A DNA stretch of 64,000 nucleotides from Tubulanus polymorphus (taxonomy: Eukaryota; Animalia; Nemertea), in the NCBI RefSeq assembly GCF_964204645.1, contig NC_134026.1, positions 12,175,950-12,239,949 on the forward strand, read 5' to 3'. Positions within the stretch are counted from its first letter, which is position 1, and each line of letters starts with the position of its first letter. The notes under the pieces were generated by a model, which was given only the letters and a program-made list of their open reading frames with translations, ran no database searches and had not been told where the DNA came from. Below, piece after piece: positions 38,061 to 51,023 of this stretch. The position numbers and the translations under genes are program-made.

Positions 38061-39358
38061 TACTTTTTGAGTTAAATATAATTAATATCTTAATCACTTT
38101 CACTATCAGACCCCCCTAACAATTTATTCAAATGCTCTATCGAATCTTCTTCTAATTCTTCATTGTTTTTGACGCCTTATAAAACGTTACCATTATGAAA
38201 CCTAAACAATGATAACCATTCAGCGTCATTTTACAAACGACAACCTTAAATCGATGTGCAAAACGTCACAGGTTTATGTGTACACATACAAGCTATTTGG
38301 CAAAATATTATTGATAAAGATGTAGAATGGCTCCCCGGGATTATATAATGACCTCTATTTGAACGTTGAAATGTTATATCGCATTGAATATCATGAGAAG
38401 ACGTATTGTAATAGTAAAGGATGTATGATTATATCAGGGGCGGCAGGGATAAATAGAAATGATAAGTAAATCGGATTATTCGGTTAAATGGCGGATGTAT
38501 ACACGATTTGGAAGTCTGATATAAAAGTCAGACCCTGACATGGGGATGCTAGTGGAATGACGAAGCTATCTACGATCTGAGTTGGGCCGGCGTGAATTTC
38601 ATCGGCGGCTACAAGCGGTCTATATAAAAACGTGTAAACATATAATTTCAATATTCAAATGTTTTAGAAAATATGTTCGATATTAGACGTATGCAGGTTT
38701 CATGAGATTAGCAATTTATAATAGCATAGCTGTCATATACGGCTCCGCGTCCACTAATGGCATGTGTATAAGGTGACAATTAAATTCAATACTTTATTGA
38801 TCCTTATTACATTGAAATTCCGGGATAAAATTCCAAAAATCAATACATTTACAAATTTTAAAATAAGAAAATACAAGACACACGGGTAATTCATACAGAA
38901 TAACATGAATAAGTTAATTATATGACAATGTCTACTTCTACCCAGACTCAAGTCTAGGATATCAAGTGACAGCCAGACCGGGCCCCAGGACCGGGCTGGC
39001 TGGCTACACGCTATATGCTCAAAGTCATGATGAAGCAGACATCAGAAGAGCTCTTTCTTCAACCATGGAGGCAATGAAGTTGCAGACCAGCTTAGAGGCA
39101 AAAGTGAATCGAAGTCACAAGTTGACAATTTTTTTTTAATGAGACCAGTCGAAGACTGTATCATCTACCCAATCGCCAAATCTCATAATTCCCGAAATTT
39201 CTTAAAACTTCGATTTCAAATTTGCAATTCCACATTAGCTTATACCAGAAATTCTACATTTTTTCGCAGGCGTCAAATAATTTATTAAAGTTAATTTTCT
39301 TGTTATACTTATTCTTCACCCTTTTTACCGCATCATCAATAGTTGTTTCATTGTTATG

Positions 39359-40097
39359 CTAATTCATCCAATCAAATTTATCATTATTTTCTACTTTATG
39401 TTTCATAGAATCTTTATTATCAATATCTGTAACTATTTTTTTATTATTATCTTTATTAGTGTTTGCTCCTAATATTTCATTTACAGTGTTTGGCTCTAAT
39501 ATTTTATTAGCATCAGTTAGATCTAATTCATCTTTATTAGGTGTTGCTAATAATAAATCTTCATATAATTCTTTACCATTTACTTTTTTTATTTGAAACA
39601 AACTTTGTAACATATTTAAATGGGTGTTCTATAAATTCTCTTAAACCAACACGTTCTATTACATTAGTAATATGTACCTTTGTATTCATATGTTTATTCC
39701 AATTTGATGGAGCGTTTGAAAATTCACCTTTACAATAATCACAATAATTTCTTTTTTCACTAATATTTAATATTATTTCATTATTTGATGTAGAAGGTAT
39801 TACATTATTAGATGTAGAAGGTATTGCATTATTAGATGTAGAAGGTATTGCATTATTAGATGAAGAAGGTATTACATTATTAGATGTAGAAGGTATTACA
39901 TTATTATCAATTACATTACTTAAATTATCAACGACACCACTTTTATTATTATCGATTTCTATTAGTTTAGTTTTATAAATTTTGAAAATAGGATCAAATA
40001 TCAAAGCTATATTACAAGGTATTACATAATATAAACTATCATTATTTTCATGTGTATCGATGTATGGAATATGTTTATATACTTTACCTCCTTCCAT
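39359..40097 (-). pseudogene. Polinton Zn-finger protein with an NNVIPSTS octapeptide repeat (positional equivalent of 55241-56397)
   Basis: MEGG start, 24-bp repeats and a YCDYC...WNKHMNTKVH finger. Two overlapping ORFs suggest a frameshift. Confidence 0.7.
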
Positions 40098-40130
40098 TTA
40101 TTATATAAATTTTTATTAAAGTTAAAATTC

Positions 40131-40872
40131 TAATACATAACACTATTTAATTGAGAATTTACAATATTTAATTGCGCGTCAGATATAATATAAATGTGCA
40201 TTCTTGATTCCTTTATTCTTTGTCATGAATAATTGTATTCCATCTTTAGTGTTCTGTAATTTTTTTCCAGAACCATGCAATGAATTATCCTCTGTTGTTC
40301 TAAAATTTAACCATAATGCATATTTATTACCGGTATAATAATCAATTTGATTAATATTACAATTTTCAGATGATTTTACTTTTTCATTCATAAAATGTTT
40401 TCTAATTTCTGGCCATTGATCAATCATTCTCATTCCTTGACAAAATATTTTATTTGCTATTCCTTCGATAGTTATTTCTACTTTTGTTATTTCAGGATTA
40501 TAATAATTATCAACATTTATTGCAACATTAGTATATGTTGCAATGGTGAAAAATATTAATATACCTTTAGTAGATCTTCTTGGGAAGTTAATATTCTCAT
40601 TAATAATTTCATCTTTTGCATTAATAGTTACAGTTTTAAATTTATCAATATAATCATATAATAATGAAAATCCTTGATTGTATTTAGTTTGAAATATACT
40701 TGAAATATTTTCATTAGTTACTGTATCATATTCTAAACATATATTCGATAATTTATAACCCATATCTTTATTAATGCTAGATATTACAATTTCATTAACA
40801 GGAGCAAATGTTATCTCAAATATAACATCTTCTTGAATTGCGTATTTATATAAAGGTGCATTATTATTTATC
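40131..40872 (-). pseudogene. C-terminal part of the Polinton major capsid protein
   Basis: Near-identical to the C-terminal 60% of 56430-57677; truncated at about 40872. Confidence 0.88.
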
Positions 40873-41779
40873 AAACCAGTGACACTCGGGTCATCAATGT
40901 TCAAATCGAATTGAAATAAGATAATTATTTATTGTGGGATTCGAATCTAATTGAAACGGAAACATTGAAGTCATCAAAACACACATTCATTATGCGTACT
41001 GACATGACCCAGTTTTGAAAGATCTGACATGTAGTGACGCCTGCGCACTCAACCGATTTCTGGACTAAGAGAATTTCCCCCAACACTCACTAATGCACAT
41101 GTGTTAAAAACGGAGACATTGGAAACATTACGGTTTTTGCCGTAATTCTAGCAGCCCTCCGCGACTCAACGACCTTGATTTAAACTTGATCAATTCAAAA
41201 TCTGTTTATTGACGCTTTTGGTTACATGAACTGATCAGCAATATACTTAAATGAAATAACCGGAATAACAAGAAATCAAAAATATTAAAGAGGTAACAAA
41301 CAAATGCCCGTAAACCTGTCAGACACGCGAACGCCGGACTCGTAAACTCTTGGACTCGGACCAGCTGAGCAATAAATTCATAAAATTGACTTTGAAATTG
41401 ATTGTGGAGAAGAGAGGGAATAATTCGATAGCTCTTCCTCATAAAGAAGGGAGAAATTTCGGAAAGAAAACACAACATGGCTACTAATTGAACGGAGCCA
41501 AATTTCCGATGTTTACGGCTCGACAGTGCCTTTATAACGTGGATTTATCAAAATTCCCATGCAGTATCTGGAGATTGAAGTGAGCTGAAGGATATCATAC
41601 GGATTGTATCGGCGACAGCGGTAAGGTAAGGAAGCCTTTACACTTTTAACAAAAACTATGTGGAAAAGGGAAAAAAATGATAAATATAGCTGCAAAGCAG
41701 CAATATCGGGTTTCTGCCTTGCTGGATACAATGTCGTATAAGGGTGCGTGCAAACATTTCACCGAAAGCAGTTCATAAC

Positions 41780-43100
41780 ATTCCCCTTTTTAAAGGAGCG
41801 CCACCTAGGAGTCAACTTATGACATGGATATGTTGACCCACAAGGGCTACTACGCGCACATTGCAACCTCGATTCTATCGCCAACGGTTAAGCACCTAGT
41901 AGCAAAAATCATTGTTTTCAAGGTCCCCTGGTGGCAGCTGTATGAACTAATTATGCAGGATGGCATATTACACATGTCTTTGTACTTATACCAAGTTTTG
42001 TGATTTTCATAATAAACAGACCGCATTAAATGCGAAAAGTGGATTCTGAAATCGATTTTTCAAAATTTACGCCCCCTAGTGGTTAAAATGGGAACTAATC
42101 ATATAAGGGGTTCGTTTCGTTTAGTAACCAGGTACAATGTCAATTTTCATAAAAATCCATTGATACCCTTAGTCGATATAGATGAAAATGTGAATTCCAG
42201 CGTCTTATAGGTGGCGCTACTGGCGAACCATATGAGCTACATAGTTATACCATACATCAATACAAGCGTCTTCGCAAGGGCTACTGGTCACTCGTTGCAA
42301 CCACAATTCTATCTCCACCGGTTAAGGAGCTAGGAGCAAAAATCTCTTTGAAAAATTTGGTGGCCCATTTTCGAGCACGTAAAGCCCAAACGGTTAATCG
42401 CAGATAGGGCGTGCCATTGACTTTTTTTAGCCTCCAGGCTGTTATGAACAACTTTCGTGCTCGGCCGAAGCTGAAAACTCAAAGACAAAAATTTTTCTCA
42501 TACAGTAACTTTTCGATGTCAGAATTTTCAAAAGTAAAACGCCCCCTGGTGGGTGAACGGGGACCCCAATCTAAGATCCCTTCGACTTACCTCAAGGTAC
42601 TTGTGATCCGTACATCTCACGAAAGTTTCAAGTAAATCCGTCAAGGAATATTGTAATAAGATACTAAAAAACTACAGATCTAGTACACACGCTCTATCAC
42701 TGCTTATAGGGACACTGACACAAACAGACGCACTGACGCGCTGTGGGAATGACACGTAGGCAATACACATACGTAGATGGATACTGTTTTAAACGGGCTT
42801 AAATTTCGATGTTTAGAGGCTCACAGTGAGTAAACAGTGCAATTCTGATTAATATCACGTACAGTATTTGTCAATGCAGCGTAGTACTTGTGATACAGAA
42901 TGGCTTCACCGACAGTGAAAGTAAGTTGCAGTTGTTTACATCCTTTCAGTAAGATCCAGTGTGAAAAAGAATATAATAATAATAATAATAATAATAATCA
43001 GCAGGAATACAATAGGGTTTCTGCGAAAGCAGCAGAAACCCTAATAAGAAACACGCGAATCTCAATAGGGTTTTCTGTGATGTAACAGAAAACCCTAATT
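41780..43100 (+). mobile_element. Helentron-like non-autonomous repeat with two tandem 3' hairpins
   Basis: GCGCCACCTAG/GCCCCTAGTGG motifs, an (AAT)n run, and hairpins TAGGGTTTCTGC..GCAGAAACCCTA and TAGGGTTTTCTGT..ACAGAAAACCCTA. Confidence 0.6.
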
Positions 43101-43570
43101 ATTTTGTTCATTATAGAATGTTAAAATTTTACATAACAGAGAAAATGAAATTAAAGAAAGTTCATAGATATAGTGAATTTAATCAATCGAAATGGTTAGA
43201 AAAATATATAGATTTCAATACTCAAGAAAGAACAATTTCAGAAACAGATTTTGAAAGAGATTTCTTTAAATTGATGGATAATAGTTTTATGGTGAAAAAT
43301 GTGAAAATATTAGAAATAAAATTGATATTGAATAAGTAGATAATTCTGAAAGATTAAGACATTTCCAATCAAGTTCTAGACATTTAGGAAATAAAAGATT
43401 TGAAGATTATTTAACAGCAGTAAAATTAAAAGAACAGCAATGAAATTTAATAAACCAATTTTCATAGGTTCAACTGTTTATAAATATCAAAATTATTAAT
43501 GTATGATTTTCAATACAATGTTTTACAACCACACTTTGACGAAAAACATATTGAAATACTATATTTTGAT
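43100..43570 (+). pseudogene. polB: Polinton PolB palm fragment (motif B to motif C)
   Basis: FNQSKWLEKYIDFNT, FFKLMDNSF, KFNKPIFIG, MYDFQYNVLQPHFDEKHIEILYFD; aligns with 63138-64000. Confidence 0.92.
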
Positions 43571-43990
43571 TATGTAACAGCTGATACTCCAATATTATTA
43601 AAATACAATAATGAAATGTTAATAAGAAGAATTTCGGAATTAATACCTAAACAATATGAACTTAATATTTCATATGGTGAAAAATAATTAATACAAATAA
43701 ATGGATTAAGGGATGTTTGGACAAAAGATGGATGGACAAAATTAAAAAATATAATTAGACATAAAACAAATAAAAAGATCTATAGAGTTAGAACTAAATT
43801 AGGATTTGTAGATGTTTCTGAAGATCATAATTCAATAAAGAATAATTGTAATGAAATCAAACCAACTGATATAGAAATTGGAGATGAATTATTACATAAA
43901 AGATTTTACTCAAGAATGAATCATATGTCATTTGATGAAATAATTGATTATATCTATAACATAGAACCTGATACATTAGAAGAAAAAAAA
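43571..43990 (+). other. Intein N-terminal splicing (Hint) region inserted in PolB motif C; decayed, C-terminal half deleted
   Basis: YFD|YVTADTPILLK (block A), VWTKDGWTKLKNIIRHKTNKKIYRVRTKLGFVDVSEDH (block B), IKPTDIEIGDELLH. In frame with PolB, with one premature stop at 43685. Confidence 0.88.
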
Positions 43991-43994
43991 TATT

Positions 43995-46900
43995 TTAGTG
44001 AATATTAGTTTATGTAATTCTTTTCAATATATATCATATAAAACTATTGAACATAGAGAGTTTTTACTTTAACCTCAGGAACTTAGAGAATGGAATTGCT
44101 TATATCTAAAACCAGGATTATATAATTCAGAAACATTAGCACAAGAAATTAATAGAAGAGCTCGAATAAAACTGGGTTGTGATGTCGGATTTGGAATTAG
44201 ATTTATTATAAGTGATAGTTCCGATAGAATAAAGATAAGGTTAGCTAACGAAGAACAACATAAATTTATGGTAAGAAAACCATTTAATCTTTTGACTGCT
44301 CAAGATGGCGACTGACGACAAGTCGTGTGTATATTCGCTCTGCAAAATATGGATTTAAAAGTAGAAACTGGCTTCAAAGACATTATATGTTGAGCAGATC
44401 GAGTGGTATGATTAAACCATTTCTTTCTGAAGTGGTTTTAAGACAAAACCTCAGCTGTGTAGCTTGTTTGATTTTGATTTGAAACTGTCTAAAATAGTCA
44501 TATGGTCGTCTATACACGTATATTACTGAACACTACTGAAAGATCTGTTCCGCTCGAACAATCATATCAAATACGAAATGCGTTGGCCTACCGTTTGGCC
44601 CCTGTCCAAGTAAACCTGGTGTTTCCGTGAAATTGTGCCAAGGTGATCTGTACTTATGTATGTACTGTAACGATGTAAGGTCCGGAAGAATTAATCCGAG
44701 TAACGATTAACGATCCATGTTGGGCGTACATCATTTTTGGTCTACAATGTTCGACCAATGCCAACATAATAAAAACGGTAGTACGACATTTTACCGGCGA
44801 AGAGATATATGAAGTTATGGTCATTCGCAGATACGCAATACACTGATACGCAATCAACGATCCCTATTGGAGACTTCCTAAACAGACAAGACTCGAAAGC
44901 TAGATCAGGGGCTTCGGCCAATTGCAATGATATTATATCTGCCATCAGGAAACTAGAAACAGTGCAAAAATCGCCATGTGTTGTACTTAATGCTTATGAT
45001 ATCACAAAAATCCCACAATTTCGACCGGAAGAGTTCGATGATGCTTCTACGATAACCAGAATAAACGAGTTAGAACAGAAAAGTCATGAAAATATTGTGC
45101 AGACCAGAGAGCTTATTACTGAATTAAAACAATCCATCGAGGAAATCAAATCTTTGGCTCACGCACCATTGTATTCGTCGGTTGTAAGGGACTGCCCGCC
45201 AGTACCCACCCCTGTGCCGACTGTTCCGACTAATCAGATTGAGAATCCTCAACCAGAAGACACTCCAACTGTTCCGGATACGTTCGACGCAGAGGAGGGA
45301 GATTTGCAACTCGCGGAAGAGGGGGTCGCATTAACAATAGACCACCGTCTGACCGTAATGATCTATTAAATGTAAATGATTACGATAGATACGGATCTCA
45401 ATCATCTATAAACACCAATAGACAGTCTGACAAGGGGGGAACTAACCAATTTACGTACCTGTGGAGCGAGAGACGTCGTCAACGCAGGAAGCAAATATTC
45501 CATGGGAAAAGTAATCTGGAAGGAGGATTCAAGGGCGCGTCCGAACTCGAACGCCACTTGTTCATCTACTGAGTCGATAGTTCAACAACTTCAAGTGATA
45601 TTAAGGTTTATTTAACGGACCATAAAATTGACTATAAGAATGTAATACAGGTGTCTAATGACCTAGATAAATTTAAATAATTCAAATTAACAGTATATAA
45701 ATCGCTATTCTCTCAATTATTTGATGAAGGGTTGTGGCCTGAGGGTACTTGCTACAGAGCATTTAAAACTCGCAGAAATAATTATGGATTCAATAATTGA
45801 TCAGTAAAAGCTTGGTAATTTTGTATATACTCTTAACTACATTTTCTATGATGGGTACTCTTAACCTCGCCTCCTACAACTCACGTGGTTTAGGACCTGG
45901 TAAATCATCATATATTGAACATCTGGCACGGACCAATGACATTACCGGTATTCTAAACAAAATATTGGCAACATGAGGATAGATTGTGTGAACTAACGGT
46001 TCAGGGTTTCAATTTACACGCCAAATCGGGAATGTGTATTACCGAATTACTTAGAGGTAGACCTTATGGTGGCGTTGCTATTATGTGGAGACAATCACTA
46101 GATATTAAGGCTACGCCTATTGATTTTGACTCCAAACGGCTTGTGTCCTTTTAATTCAAAATATGAAGTGTGGAACTTCATTTATTTTGGCGAACGTTTA
46201 TATGCCATGTGACACTTGTTATGAAGAAAACAATGCTAGGGAATTCAATGATATTTTGATACAAATTTCCGAGATTGCAAAGAACTAAGATATAAATGAG
46301 GTGATTATTGGGAGAGATTTAATACTGATTTTACACGAATTAACTCCCTGCATACTAAAGTACTTGATGACTTTTTAAGGAATGAGTCCTTCACATGTCC
46401 ATTGGAAACATTTCAATCTGGTGTCAGATTCACGTACAGCGGCCCCACTAATGTAGAGCACTCAACTATCGATCACTTTATTGTAAAAGACAATATGAAA
46501 GACAGATTACTCTCATACGAATGCATACATGAAGCTGACAATTTTTCAGATTTCACTCCAATTCAAATGGTTATTAAAACAGAGGTAAACAATCTAGCGT
46601 AAACAGTAGATAATAATACACATGGAAGCTGTGGGATTAAATGGCAAAAGGCCACCAAAAGTAACATTGAGTAATATACCTCAATCCTTGACGATATGTT
46701 GTCATAAATTAAGATCCCCATTGATGCATGTAACTGCTTAGATTATAAATGTACACCGCATTGCAGTGAAATAAGTCGATATTATGATGACATTTTACAT
46801 AATATGTCTTTTTGCTGGTTTTCTAGCAATTCCGCATTCCAGAAACACCTCTACAAACAGGATTCCTGGTTGGAATGAAAACGTTAAACAATACAGGGAC

Positions 46901-49740
46901 GCCGCGTTATTCTGGCACGGTCTCTGGAAAGACAATGATTGCCCTAAGGACGGTTTGATAGCAGATATTCGACGAGAAACACGTCGTAAATATCACTTAC
47001 TTATGAAAGATTATCTTTCTGCTCAAAAGTTTGCAGAAGCTCTAAATAATAATAGAAATAGAGGTTTCTGGACTGAGGTTAAGAAAATGAGAAACAGCAA
47101 AAAGGCATGTCCTGCTTCCATGGATGGTTTAACAGTTCTTGTTGAAATTTCCAACGTCTTTTTTGTTAAATACCAGAAATTATTTAATTCGACGCATTGC
47201 AGTCAAGGTGATTTTGACAAGTTACACTTTAGACTAGATAATTTAATTAAAAATAACTGTTGTAAAGCTGATGAATGCCTTTGCGCAAGAAATCACTCGG
47301 TATCTGCACATGATATTAAAAATGCGCTGAAAAAGATACGTAATTATAAGAAGGACGGTACATTACGGCGTCTTCACTGATCACATATTGAATGGTTCTA
47401 ATAAGTTGATGACTCATGCATCACTGTCATTCTCGTCAATGATCAGACATTCGTGCATTCCTGAAGACATTGTGATAACAACTATTACCCAAATACCAAA
47501 CGATAATAGGAAACCCTTGGTTGAGTCCTCTAACTATCGTGGTATTGCACTTAGTTCTATATTCAGTACAATTTTTGATTATATCATTCTTAGTAAAAAT
47601 CTCATACAGTTTGGGTTTAAACCCGCCCACTCAACAATGGGCTGTACTTATGTGTTTGACGAAGTAGTTAACTACTATAATAAAAGGGCTACAGGAGTGA
47701 ATGTTGTATTGTTAGATGCGAGTCAAGCATTTGATCGCGTACATTACAGCGAACTATTTGATATTCTCATAAAGCGAAGAAATTTGCCCGCTATTAATAA
47801 AGTTCATTTTAACCTCTTACAGAAACCAAAAAAATCAGAGTCAGGTGGAATAACACATACTCTAATTTTTTTAAAGCGTCCAACAGCGTGAAACAGGGAG
47901 GTGTTTTGTCTCCAATACTATTTTCCATATACATCGATAAGCATCTGATTAAGCTTAGAAAATCAGGCGTAGGGTGCTACATTGGTAATATATTCTTTTG
48001 GGCTTTAGGCTATGCGGACGACATAATATTACTAGCACCTAGTAAATACTCCATGAATACTATGTTAAGATTGTGTGTAGAATTCTCGGTAGAATTTTAT
48101 GTACTCTTCAATGCTAAAAAGACTGTTTATCTATACTTTCCAGGTGAGAATGAGCATACTTACTTTGACAATAGTATTATTTTTCAAGGAACCATTATAA
48201 AAGAATCACATTCCGCTTAACATTTGGGCAACTTGATAGGGATCAACTTTGACGCTTTACGCGTTCAAGAATGTATATTGGATTTCAACAGACGGGTCAA
48301 TTTACTAATGTCTCAATTCAGTCACGTTAACGCTCATATACGCTTTAAACTTTTCAAATAATTTTGTTCATGATTGTATGGCTGTACACTTTGGGATTTC
48401 ACAAAAAAATAATATAGCAAAAATGTTCACTGCTTGGAGAAAAGCCATCAGAAAAGTACTCGGTTTACCTTATTGTACCCATTGTAACTTGCTCCATTTA
48501 ATTTCGGGCGATGACCCTATTGAACATCGAGTGTATAATAGATTTATTAAATTTTTCTCTGCCATCAAACAATCCACCAATAGAATTGTCAGAACATGTG
48601 GTTATCTTGCTCTTAATGGCAGCGGATCTCAATGCTCAAATTATATTACCTTTTCCACGCGATTTTTCGATATTGAGGACTGAACTTGCAGTACCACAAA
48701 TCTAACGGTTTCAGTCAGATGAAGATACATTGAAAAAGGCCGCCGCAACTATCGACTTCATGCACTTGTCCCAATCTGCAACTGATGAGTGGATTATTGC
48801 GGAATAGCGCGACATTATTATCGAACTATGTATTCCCTGATATGTATATAATGTAACTGGTCAGTGGATATTATAAATTTTGAATTTTGTATTGTAAACT
48901 TCGTTTACGAATAAAATATATATATATATATATTAGGCTAAACTTTTAGGACGTAAGTCCAGATAAAACTTTCACAAATGTTGATGCTACACCAAATACA
49001 ATACATTTTGCGCATTTTTATATTTATTGCAATTCGATAGACCCTGTAAAAACATTCGAAGCAAATGAAAGTTCAATTTGTAATTCTAGTATTTACCATC
49101 AATTTGAAACACAAATAAATTATCTGAATTTTATCTGTGATTTTAAACCTTGTATTTCACAATTTGATAATTACAAATTAGAAATTATAATGGATTTAAT
49201 TGATTCAAATAATTTTCCTGTAATTCATGAAATAGTTGTAATATAAGATGTAAAGAATAATTTTTTTGTAATATAAATGTGAATATTTGTTGGACCGAGT
49301 ACATGTTTTGGATTTGATTTTAAATGTGAGAAAGAAATGAAATTTGATGTAAATGATGTAATAACACATATTAAAAATACTATATTTTTAAATGAAACAA
49401 CATTTGATGATAAAACAAAAAATAAAGAAACTCATAATGTAGAAAAAAATTACTGATTCAATTAGAAATTCTTTTAGATTTTATGAATTAGATGAAGATT
49501 TTATTATTAATGATATAAAAAATATTATAACTGAAATATATGAAAATGAAACTAAAAATAATATAAATGTTGAATGAATTATAACTTAAATAACAAAATA
49601 CTTTGAAGATAGTAAATTTTTTGATATATAAATGTATCCAAAGTGGATAATAAATGGATTATATAATGGCGCCTTATTATCAATGGGAACTGTTGATTAT
49701 ACAATGTTGTTAAAAAATTATTTAAAATAGGAAACGTGAA
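43995..49740 (+). mobile_element. Decayed Polinton segment (penton and homologues of the 61978 and 61621 genes), split by a LINE
   Basis: LVNISLCNS...KPGLYN...HKFMVRKP before the LINE and AKLLG...FYIYCN after it, followed by VGPSTCFGFDFK and KWII..LYNGALL. Confidence 0.88.
44286..48932 (+). mobile_element. Full-length decayed non-LTR retrotransposon (APE-RT; RTEX/Proto2-like, clade uncertain)
   Basis: ORF1 about 44740-45794 ending LWPEG; APE SYNSRG, GRPYGGVA, STIDH; IPGWN; RT QFGFK, LDASQAFDRV, VKQGGVLSP, GYADD; AATAAA plus a (TA)n tail. Confidence 0.9.
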
Positions 49741-50205
49741 TCCCAGAAAAAAAGTTTTCACTCGGTACCTTTGAAGTCGGGTCGGTCGGGTTACGGCAAA
49801 CAAACCATTAATATGGGATGGCCTAAAATTCATATGATGTCACATATCAAAGGGGGCCGAATATATACAATATTCAGCCCTCGACCTATACTTGTAGTTT
49901 GCTGCTTAATATTTTCAGGTCACAAGAAATTACAATTTATTACAAATTCTATCAAACAGAAAACACAGCGCTCATCTTCTGCTACGATTATTCAGCCTAT
50001 TTTCATGTCAAACGTGCACGCGTTTCAGCATCACTTTTAGTAGTGTACTGTACGAGCTTGTGTGTGTGTGTCGTCTAGCACTCCGCGCGCACGTGGAGGC
50101 CTCGTGTAAGTAATTGTTCGCTTACACTTTAATGTCAATCAAAACAATCACCGGGTATTAAAATGAAACAATACCTATTGCGGATGTGTGAAATAATTAC
50201 ATCCT

Positions 50206-50611
50206 AGTAATAGGGGTAATGGGCTTTCAGGCCAAAGGTCGAACGGTCGAGCCCATTAAAAAACAAAATATTAAAAGTAATTAAAAAACTATAATATATT
50301 TTCATAACCGCGTGCATTTTATATCAAAACTAAATATTTATTCTAAGATATCAATAATATAAAAAGCATATTGTATTAAATCAATTGGTCGCTCCACTTC
50401 GCTACCGCTCCGCTCCGCGACCAATTGATTTAATTACAATACACACATTCAAATAATCAAATATATTCAAATGATAATAATTATTCTATTATTCAACTGA
50501 AATGCACGCGGTTATGAAAATATATTATAGTTTTTTAATTACTTTTAATATATGTTATTAATGAACTCGATCATTAAACCTTTAGCCTGAAAGCCCATTA
50601 CCCCTATTACT
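50206..50611. repeat. Terminal fold-back palindrome, 406 bp
   Basis: Perfect stems of 27, 52 and 17 bp separated by unpaired bubbles, with a 24-nt pyrimidine-rich apical loop. Confidence 0.95.
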
Positions 50612-50693
50612 CTTAAAATATTCATATATATATGAATAACATTTAAATTATTGAACTTCTAAAATCAATTTTAATAAAAAATATAGTATTAAA

Positions 50694-50945
50694 ATGGAAG
50701 CAAATAAGTACTACTGCCCAACATGTAATATCGATATAGATAAATCCCAAAAAGCAAGACACAATAAAACTAGAACACATTTAGAGAATAAATTGAAACT
50801 AGAATATTTACAGTTATATTCAGAACAGTTAACAAAGGGAAAGAAATTTATTGAATTATGGAATAATGATCCAAATAATGAACAATACGTTGAGGAATTT
50901 ATTATCAAGGAATCGAAAGAACTTATCAAAAGCAGCGAGGAATGA
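50694..50945 (+). CDS. Small C2H2 Zn-finger protein fused to an HNH-tail module
   Basis: YYCPTC...RHNKTRTH, similar to the first PolB finger at 3866, followed by LQLYSEQLTKGKKFIELWN as in 51024-51686. Confidence 0.7.
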   Translation: MEANKYYCPTCNIDIDKSQKARHNKTRTHLENKLKLEYLQLYSEQLTKGKKFIELWNNDPNNEQYVEEFIIKESKELIKSSEE

Positions 50946-51023
50946 AAAAGGATGATGTTGGTCGAAGAAATGGAAGAGGATTCTAAAATGTTAACCAATT
51001 TAGTAAAAAAATACGTATAATAA

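Larger units (their letters stand above)
25159..40872. mobile_element. Decayed Polinton copy (left terminus through a capsid fragment) with nested insertions
   Basis: Starts AGTAATAGGGG like the copy at 50206. Collinear genes: HNH, 200-aa gene, 128-aa gene, integrase and ATPase, then Zn-finger and capsid genes on the minus strand. Confidence 0.85.

Noticed and set aside
38100-39290. Insertion between the Polinton ATPase and Zn-finger genes
   Set aside because: Composition shift suggests foreign repeats, but no TIR, TSD or coding motif could be supported.
43571-43990. Hedgehog/Hint host gene fragment
   Set aside because: It is in frame exactly at PolB motif C and has the viral pol-c intein pattern, with no hedgehog N-terminal domain.
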